Assembly (NCBI GenBank): GCA_043228905.1
Contig: JBHGNT010000007.1
Location: 10,044,001 to 10,108,000, forward strand
From: Azolla caroliniana
Taxonomy: Eukaryota; Plantae; Polypodiophyta
DNA: 64,000 bases
Direction: 5' to 3'
The translations under genes were made by a program, and so were the position numbers. Positions 37,023-45,823 of the stretch are shown here, one piece after another. Position 1 is the stretch's first letter. Every line of letters begins with the position of its first letter. Under the pieces are notes generated by a model. That model was not told the DNA's origin, searched no databases, and saw only the letters and a list, made by a program, of their open reading frames with translations.

Positions 37023-38239
37023 TTATGGAGAATCACTACTATAACTAATATACAATGACGATTCCTCCTCCTCGTCCTCGAATGTACCAATCAGTGCATT
37101 ATCTTCGTCATAAACCAAATGGTTTGACTCTAGATTATATGTAGTAGATCTCGTTTGCCTTTGACTCGAGCCACCGTAGACCTGGTAATTTTTCTTTTAT
37201 TATATCTATTGTTGACTTCCTTAATCATCCGGCTTTTGTAAGTGTGAAGTCGTACATGATGATATCCACATCAGAGATATCAAGGGTCGAGGTGTTACGA
37301 ATGTTTCGCTTCCTCTTCCTACCTCCCCTTCTTGTTGGGCATTCAATCATCTCCAATGTATACTTAAATGTTAAAGCATTTGCACTTCTAGTGTTGTACC
37401 AATGAACATTTATAGACTTGATCGTGTTTTCTATTTCATGCATTAGCACTTCTAGAATTTTACCCACCCAAAATTGGTGGCCATGTGAGTTCTCATCAGC
37501 CGGCGTTGCAATCAACATCCCCGCCGTGAGCTCTTGCAAATTGCCTTGCCATCTAGCTTCGGCTACTTTGGTCATCCTTGGTCCCACATAAATGTCTCTT
37601 TGTTGTGGATGGACCAAGTTGTCATTAATCACATTTGGTGGTTGCTTTGGAGTTCTATTTACATGATCATGTTGCAGCGACCATGTGAATGGCGTTTCCA
37701 AATTCCAATTATCACCAAATACACAATTGTCTATAATTCCTTTCTGATCACTATAAAATACATCCCACCATGACGTGTCTTGTTGTGCGGCATATTTCTT
37801 GGCGGCCTCAATATGCTTTCTTTTTTCTTCTATGCCTTGGAGCCATGACCATTTTTGTTCCGATACCAAGACACTCTACAACTGTCCTTTCTTCTCAATT
37901 GGCATTTGCTTAGCTCCATGGACAATTGTACTCGCCATACAAGTAATAACTGGCAACCACCTTCAAGTTCCCATGTTGTAGAAGATGAATATTGTTTAGC
38001 ATACAAAAGTGTAGAACCACTTATTTCATTATTCTTTATTATAAAAATGTGATTGAAACTTATATTGTTTAACTGGGCAAGCACTTTAACATTCCCACCA
38101 CCCCCATCTGATATATATCTCTTAAAGTCATATACCTTGTTCAAGTGTAACACTTTTGGGCGTGGTGTATATGCATCACAAATGACATCAAATCGTTTAA
38201 GTAAAGTGAAAGCATCATGCCGAGACAACTATCTGGAGA
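37023..38239 (-). pseudogene. C-terminal half of a putative DNA transposase (N-terminal/catalytic part lost in the assembly gap)
   Basis: FSR*LSRHDAFTL..ICDAYTPRPKVLHLNKVYDFK resembles the segment after the GHTHEDxDxxFS motif of DUF7869/Sola-like transposases; FWVGKI..VHWY and FTLTKAG*LRKST-type tail; frameshifts and stops. Confidence 0.65.
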
Positions 38240-38339
38240 NNNNNNNNNNNNNNNNNNNNNNNNNNNNNNNNNNNNNNNNNNNNNNNNNNNNNNNNNNNNN
38301 NNNNNNNNNNNNNNNNNNNNNNNNNNNNNNNNNNNNNNN
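38240..38339. other. Assembly gap (100 N)
   Basis: Run of N. Confidence 1.
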
Positions 38340-38346
38340 AAGCAAG

Positions 38347-38470
38347 AACTCGATACACCGTAATGAGTTCTTATGTAAAGTATGTGTTTGATACATGAAC
38401 TCGATACCCTGCATCGATTTCATGTACAGACACGAACTTTATACAGGAACACAATACGGCGTATCGAGTT
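38347..38470. repeat. Imperfect ~125-bp palindrome with repeated AACTCGATAC motif
   Basis: Arm 38347-38407 pairs with arm 38411-38470 around a CCT loop. Confidence 0.8.
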
Positions 38471-38996
38471 AATGTATAAAAGAAGACCCTGAAACAAGAA
38501 TATTGTGTTTTTGGGGCAACAATTTAGTATTGTGAGAAAAGATATCAAACTGTCTGTCAAAATCAGTCTTTTTTATGTCGATTTGCCTTAATGTTTTTTA
38601 AAAAGGGGCCTTAATTATAGGGGTTTTATGACCTACTATAGCTTAAAATAGTAGAAAATAACCCACAAATTACTTTTACGATACCAAATTCAAGTCTATC
38701 ATATGCAAATTATCTACAATATGGTTATGGAATCAATATAAGTCATACCTGCCCTTCAAGACAATATATAACCTTGTATACTTATTACGATATATATTTT
38801 CTAAGTTGAATAGCCCTTACTAGAATAGATTTCTGAATATAAGACTACCATGTACACTGAATGCATGATTGATATTTATAGTTCACCACAAATCGCCTGC
38901 TAGTTTATTTCTTCATCTACTTATTTGTATTTTAATATACAACCTTAATCTACGTGACCAACTAACTTATGTTTTTGCATGTCCTTTCTTAAATAG

Positions 38997-41900
38997 GTCG
39001 TTTGAGAACTTGTCGAACCGACCTGTGAAGAAGATAAAGCTCCGCATACAGGGTTCTCCAATTGAAACACGGACCCTAGTAGCTCTCGAGTCCATGAAGA
39101 GAGGAAAAAAGTTTCTCTTCAACGAGGAGTCAAAATCTCAACCACACATTGAGGTTAGCCAAAAGAAACTTGTAGCAGCTACTGGAGGTGAAGACCTTCC
39201 TGACTGTCATCTAACGGACAAGGAATGGTGTATGCAATATGTCAACTCAAAGAAAAAAGTCGTATTGTATACAACAAAGAAGAAGGGGGAGGGGCAGCTT
39301 GGAAAGGAAACCCCATTTATGTATGGCCGTATTCTACGATTTGACTACGAGGATGTAGATTCGGCCAACATACTTGTAATGATAAAGTGCTCCAGGGGGT
39401 ACGTAAAGTGTTCCTTTCAGAAGATCTTCTAGTAAAGGAATCTTGTGGGTCAGAAGCGTTCAAAAAAGAACTTGAAAGCTCACAAAACCTTATTGTTACC
39501 TTGAGGCCTTATATACAAGGCCATGTAACTCTAAGGGAGGAAGTTCCCTCCCCAGTGAAGGCCACAAAAAGGGTATCTAAAGTACAATCAAGACCACCAA
39601 AGAAGAAGACAACCAAAATGTCGGACTCCGATTCATCAAGTGAAAACGAAGAGGAGGACACCAAGGGGACGCCAAGAGCTGAGCTGGCATCGGGTGTGTT
39701 GTCATCCGAGCAGAATAAGATAAGGAGAGAGTTAATGTAGCCTAAATTGGTCAGGAAAGGGAAAGTGTTTAATTTTCCTATAACACACATCCATTGGCCG
39801 CCTATTGATGAAAAAACAGGACGAAGACCACTTGAGATTAGAGAGCCACACCGCGTGCATGTTCAAAATCTCAAGAAAAAAATGAAAATTAATCCTCATG
39901 CCACTGTGGTGCCTTTTATTGTTATGGTAGATCCTGAAGAATGTGAAACCATTGAAGATTTTGATATGAGAAAGTATGATCAATATAATTACTTTGTCAT
40001 TGGTGGATCGCATTCAGCGGAGGCACGTCGGCAACTTGTGAGAGAACATCCAACGACTTTCTTCTTCAAGTATGCCGAGTGCAAAATTTATGTGGGGCTC
40101 ACAACTGAAGAGGCAAAGTTGTTGGCATGGGACCATAGTAATGATAATGACTATAGGCAAAAAATGTCGTCGATTGAGCGTATAAGGTTCTTCCACCACG
40201 AGTATTTGGACGTGAAACAAAAGTTTGGTGTGAAGCTACATCCAGGTCTACGACGTCAATGTCTGCATGAAGTTGGTATTGTGGTAGATGATAATGTTAA
40301 GTCTGATGGTCTTCGAAAATATGAGTCTTGGTTTCAATTGGCCTTTAGAGATGGAGAAGTATAGGACCTACAGGATCAAATCTTCTCAATGTGGGAGAAT
40401 AAGGAGGTAAAGGGTCAACAACAAAAGAAATGTAAGGTTGACCCTCAACTAGAGTTAAAGTCACAAGCGGCCAAGAAAATTGACTTGACAATTGAAGAAG
40501 CGGTTGACGACATGAAGTTGTCTCTATGGAGAGCGATGCAAGGTGTTAAGGACAAGCAGCTTCTTGTGTCTGTTTTGTCAAGAGTTGTGGCGAAAGATTT
40601 AAGCCTTGAAGAAATGGTCACTAAAATAAGTAAGTCTTTCAAATACTGATATTGAAGTCTATATGGTGTAATTCAAAGTTCTAATCTTGATTTCTAATTT
40701 TACAGTCATAAGGTGTACATGAAGATCCAAGAAGTTATGATGAAACAACTTGGATGTATAACTTGGGAACAATTGACCGAGGATTATCCTCTAACGTCTT
40801 CATATAAGGCGTTATCGGAGTATTTTATTGCATTCAAGGATTGGGTTAGTATTGGTGGTTTTTCATTACGCTTTCATCATATGTAGAGCTTGTATAATAA
40901 AACTTGATGTCCTATTGCTTCTATTAGAAACCGTGTCGTGGCAAGAAACAAGGAGAAGTTAAGGATATACACGATTTCCCTACATCCTTCCTTGCAAATC
41001 TCGAGCAAGCTAGAAAAGAAAAGGATCATCGCTTAGTCAAGGCGTACGAAATGGAGGAAGATGGCTCCTTTAAAAAATTTAGCTACAAAAAAGATATTAT
41101 GAGAGATCTTTACTACAATGTGGTTTGCGGCGATGTCATCGACTTGATCCAAAAAGTGCCAAAGAAGGAATATACGTTAATGATTGCGGATATTCCTTAC
41201 AGATTTCGAATGGTTGGGTCATCATACGACGAGGAACCGTTTAGGTTTAAACAGTTGGAGAAGATGGTCAAGGATTTCACTGAGCTAACGACTGCATCCT
41301 TGTGGCAAATAGTTGTCTTTCATAGTATGGACCAAGGGTACTCGGTAGCTCAAGCTTTGAGATCTCGTTGCCATGGCATCGAGAAACTTGCATGGTAAGG
41401 ATTATTTATAGGTGTCATTCACTATATTGCATTTCTTAAGGTTGTTCAATCTATTCTTAACTCGATGTATTATTTTTTATAGGATAAAAACCAATGTAAA
41501 TAGAGGGCCTACTTTTCGGTTCGTTAATGCCATTGAATATATCACGGTTGGCTACTTCGTTGAAATTAAGAAACAAAGAATCAAGGAGCATTCTAATGAA
41601 GTGGGAGGTTCAAATCTGCTGGTATATCCAGCAGTGACACAGAAAGTGGGACATGTCACCACGATAGAACGGGGACTTGTCGACCCATATCAAAAACCTT
41701 AGCGACTTATGATGCGCTTGATCGAGATGTTTTCTATCGAAGGAGACTGGATATTAGATCTCTTTTCTGGCACAGGTATTCCTCGAACTAGGGTAACGAT
41801 CTTGAGATAACCAATACCGAATCTTTTTTGTTTGACAACTAATTCTTCTTGTTACTTTCTTCACAGGAACGACGTCTGCATGTGCATTGAAGCTCTTTAG

Positions 41901-42219
41901 AAATATAGTTGCATTGGAGAAGGACGAGGAGCAGGTTATATTTATAAATATGAGGATTAAGGCTTTGTAGGAGTGCCCAAACCAGGATGAGGAGGTCGGT
42001 GCAAAGAACCTCGCTAATACATAAAGGTTTCAACCTGCTTCGCGAGAGCCTATTCCTCCGTTAGCCAACGAACTGGGGGAGCTAATAGAGCTTGATGATG
42101 AGCTTATAGATGATATTTCGTTGGCTCGGCTAATAAGGGAAGTCAATGCACGTATAACTGAAGAGAGTTCTACACAAGATGATGAAGAAAATGACATTGA
42201 TGAATTGATTGCTATGTAA
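38997..42219 (+). pseudogene. ParB/Srx-like domain fused to a beta-class N6A/N4C DNA methyltransferase; exons ~38997-40629, 40706-40844, 40928-41394, 41483-41775, 41867-42219
   Basis: YFVIGGSHSAEARRQL..EEAKLLAWDHSN..MSSIE (ParB-like); VVCGDVIDLIQKVPKKEYTLMIADIPY (motif IV); W|IK; IEYITVG; PYQKP; LIEMFSIEGDWILDLFSGTG|TTSACALKLFRNIVALEKDEE (motifs X, I, II); GT-AG introns; five in-frame stops and at least one frameshift. Confidence 0.88.
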
Positions 42220-42680
42220 TAGACTCTATGAAGAAAATGACACTGACGATTTGTTTGGATTTCACATTATTAATACAAATTTTGGGTTTTACTTGGTGGA
42301 TTCTATTCTTTATAATCTTCTATATGTTTCAATTTTATTTTTATATACTTGGTTAGTAGACTTATGGCATTGGTTTCACCGCGTGCATAGCTAACTACCA
42401 AATTTATGGAGAAACATGAATTAGTTTAAATTGAGGTTGATTTTGGTCCAAGCTAACCTTAACATAACATGGTCGTACAATTTTTTCCATGACTGTCCAT
42501 GTTGTTATTATGGATCTTTGTCTTCTATTGTTAAAACTATTATGTTTCTATTCCATTGCTGCTTAGATTGTGTAGTGTGTTGATAATGGTTCCACTAGCG
42601 TTATCCGCATGTTTTTATACGCTTGTAGTTCCACTTGTGTTATCGTTCGGAGTTTGATCCTGTGTGAATCACCTAACCAA

Positions 42681-42927
42681 TAGAGTAGATCAATTTTAAA
42701 TACAGGTATGAAAGCCTTAATAGGTTTGTTATTTCCACGACATTATCCTAAAGTTCACTGCCTTACATTGTCCACAATTATATACATATGGTTTGATCCC
42801 ATACGAACAAATTGAGGAATAGATTAGATCAACTTTAAATACAAGTATTGAATACTTTAATAAGTTAGTCATTCCAATCACATTATCCTAAAGTGCACTA
42901 TCCTACATTGTCCACAATTATATACAT
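42681..42927. repeat. Imperfect ~105-bp direct repeat in the transposon's right arm
   Basis: 42681-42787 versus 42820-42927, both ending ACATTGTCCACAATTATATACAT. Confidence 0.75.
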
Positions 42928-43267
42928 GCACGTATGGGTCAAAGTATAAATTATAACTCATTTTATTAGTATGGATACAAGTACACCTCATATTTTTGTA
43001 AAACTTACCAAATTAATATAAGTCTTTAACTTAGTGTTTCCCTTGTCGCATTGTGACATATTGAGCCATTGTTGAACTTTATTACGCCTACATTAACTTA
43101 TCAACACGTCCAAACTTGCATGATTTCTAATGATCTCCACTCGTAGACCTATCATGTATTTTTATATTTGCAAATTCTAATCAAGTTGTGGAACATGTGA
43201 TACTAGTGCATCCAATTTTTGTAGAGAGAGTGTATTTGGATAGTTTCAAGAAGATTCTACAAGTGGA

Positions 43268-43303
43268 ATGCGCAATCCTTCCACTAGTGAACGCGAACGT
43301 GTT
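43268..43303 (-). repeat. Right TIR
   Basis: rc AACACGTTCGCGTTCACTAGTGGAAGGATTGCGCAT. Confidence 0.92.
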
Positions 43304-45629
43304 TTAGGAAAAAATGGTTTGATAAAGAATGTCGTGAACCTCGAAAGTGTCTTATGGTTTTGGATGTAGTTAAGGATAAAGAGAATTACAAAAAGCATTG
43401 GCATGAGTATAAAAGGCTTATTCAAAGAAAGAGAAAAATATGGGAAGTTACTCAACAATTTATCCAAACGCAAGAGAAAGCACATGCATGTGCTAAATTT
43501 TGGGGAAATCTAAAGGGGAAACATGTTGAGAGTTATAGTGACTTAACTCTTCACAACTTGTCTATGCGTTGTAAGAATTTATATGAGTTATCTCTTGCCG
43601 AAAAGATGATGTGTTATGGTTGTATTTCACATATGCCTCCCTTCTTTACAATTGAAGATATATGCATAGGACTTAAGAAATTGGCCTCTCAAAAGGCATG
43701 TGATCTTCAATGTATAAAGGCTGAAATGCTCAAATGGACGGGAAAGGAAGCACATGTATGGATAAGCGATATGTTTCATAATGCATTGCAACAAGGTATG
43801 TCGTACGATTGGACTACAAATTGGATCAAACAATTACATAAAGGTGGAGATGTAAATAATGTAAACAACTATCGAACCATCATGGTTGGCTCATTAATGG
43901 CAAAACTGTTTGGATGTATAATGGAATCAAACATAAGTGTATGGACTGAAAAAAATGGTAAGAGAGCTTATGGACAAGCTGGCTTTCGAAAACACCATAG
44001 CACCATTGATCACCTTATCACCCTTTGAGTATTAATGAAGGAAAGTCGCCTTAGAGGTAAAGGTTTATATTGCTGCTTTGTAGACTTCAAGAAAGCTTTT
44101 GATATGGTACCTCGTGAACATCTTCAGAGGCAAATGGAAGAACTTGAGGTGTCAAGTGAATATATGGTTGCAATTTCTCGAATTTATGACAAGGTTATAT
44201 GTTGTGTGTGCATGAGAGATCAACTTTCAGATTTTTAAAACAGCACTATTGGTGTTAAGCAAGGATGCCCACTCTCACCAACACTATTTGGTCTATGCAT
44301 TGATAAATTGGAAGAAATGGTTACCAAGTTTGCAAAGGAAGAATGTGTTAAAGAAGTTGCCATTGGGAATGTTGTGATTATGCTTTTGTTATATGCAAAT
44401 GATGTAGTGCTTTTTGCAAATACTTTAGGAGATGCACAAAAGCTTATGAAGGCATTGGAAAATTTGTGCATGCATACTAAATTAAGTGTCAATAGCTCTA
44501 AAACAAAGATTATGTTTGTGAAGAGCCAAAAAAGAGATAAACCCTACATTATGTACAACAATGAGGCACTTGAATGTGTGGAAACTTCAAATATCTTGGC
44601 CTTGAAGTTCCTTCAAATCATAGATGGAATGAATTTGCTACACGCCGCTTAAAGGCGGGGTAAGCGAGCATACTATGTATTTCAAAACACATGCAATCTT
44701 GGAGATATTAAGTGTTGGGTCCTCAAGAAATATCTTTTCAACACTTTGGTGACACCAGTTCTTCTCTACGGTAGCATCCCTAAATCTATGTGGAAAGAGT
44801 TTGAAAATGTCCAAAAACATTTTCTTACAAAGTTTCTACAAGTTAAGAAACAAACGCCCTACACCCTCCTCCTTGAGACGGGATCGCTTCCCATTGAGAT
44901 CATGGCCATGGAAAGGGTTGTTGAATATAGGCTTAAGGTTCAAAAAAGTCCCTCACATTGACTTCCTAGAATTGCGTGTGAAGCAAGCCAAAAGATCCAA
45001 AATTTTGTGTTCTGGTTGGATGTAAGATATAGAAAAATGGTTTGGTAGATGGGATGCGAGACACTTGCTTCATGATGCATCATTAGATTCCTCTGTAAAT
45101 GAGGCCTTTTTGCAACGCCAATGTATCATGACATGGGACAAATGTGGAGGCTCACGCTTCACACATTATACTACACATGTTGCACCTAACTACAAAACCA
45201 TATTCTTTGCGGAACGGGGAAATCGTACACATCGATACATGTTAGAGCCCATACCATTATCTACCATTCGAACCATTGCTTCCATGAGACTTAGCTCACA
45301 TGCATTGCGATGTGAAACAGGGTGTTGGGGCACAAGTGATGAGAGTGGTCGGCTATGCACACTTTGCCCTAAACAAGTTCATGAGTCTGAGTATCACACT
45401 TTGATACAATGCTCTGCCTTTGATCATATTCGACCATGCTTTCCACATCTCTTCGACCGAGCCCAATCCTTGCATGAATTCCTCTCACAACCACAATCTG
45501 CACTATCGATTCCAACATTCATTGGTAAAGTTCTTGAACATCGAGAGTCACTACTCACTTTCACACGTATCACGTGAAATGTAATATTTTTGGTCTCATA
45601 GGTCATATTTGACCTCCGAAGACGATAAT

Positions 45630-45633
<4 letters not shown>

Positions 45634-45719
<86 letters not shown>
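45634..45719. repeat. (TC)n(AC)n microsatellite (LINE tail / LTR)
   Basis: Direct read. Confidence 0.95.
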
Positions 45720-45730
45720 TCGACTTGATA

Positions 45731-45743
45731 GTTTGAACCAAAA
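45731..45743 (+). promoter_or_regulatory. Putative self-priming PBS of Gypsy G
   Basis: GTTTGAACCAAAA directly after the LTR end (CTTGATA); complementary to TTTGGTTCAA ~30 nt downstream of the LTR TATAAA. Confidence 0.6.
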
Positions 45744-45823
45744 TTTTCTTTCCTTCCTCATTTCTTTCTCTTCCAAGAACCTTAATAAGTTTCCTTCTTT
45801 CTTTTCCTCTTCCCTCATAAGTT

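Larger units (their letters stand above)
36656..43303. mobile_element. TIR DNA transposon (Sola-like, tentative) carrying a transposase and a ParB-DNA methyltransferase gene
   Basis: 36-bp TIRs (33/36 match), TSD TTAG (36652-55, 43304-07); excision restores the LINE frame WKCTKKLR|KKWFDKECREPRK. Confidence 0.9.
30458..45635 (+). mobile_element. Near full-length single-ORF LINE (APE endonuclease + RT + C-terminal CCHC), degenerate, interrupted by Copia H and the DNA transposon
   Basis: LCFWNCNG, LVETW, GDVNA, VDY..SDHRPL (APE); WFDKEC; NYRTI, QAGFR, FVDFKKAFD, GVKQGCPLSP, YAND (RT); frames restore across both insertions; (TC)n tail. Confidence 0.92.

Noticed and set aside
38240-38339. Gap as a scaffold mis-join separating the transposase from the MTase
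   Set aside because: Matching TIRs, TSD, in-frame LINE and Gypsy LTR continuity across the gap argue for one locus. Hidden inserts within the gap cannot be excluded.
38997-42219. Bacterial contamination or a restriction-modification operon
   Set aside because: GT-AG introns split conserved motifs, the gene sits between TIRs within a LINE, and no restriction nuclease is visible.
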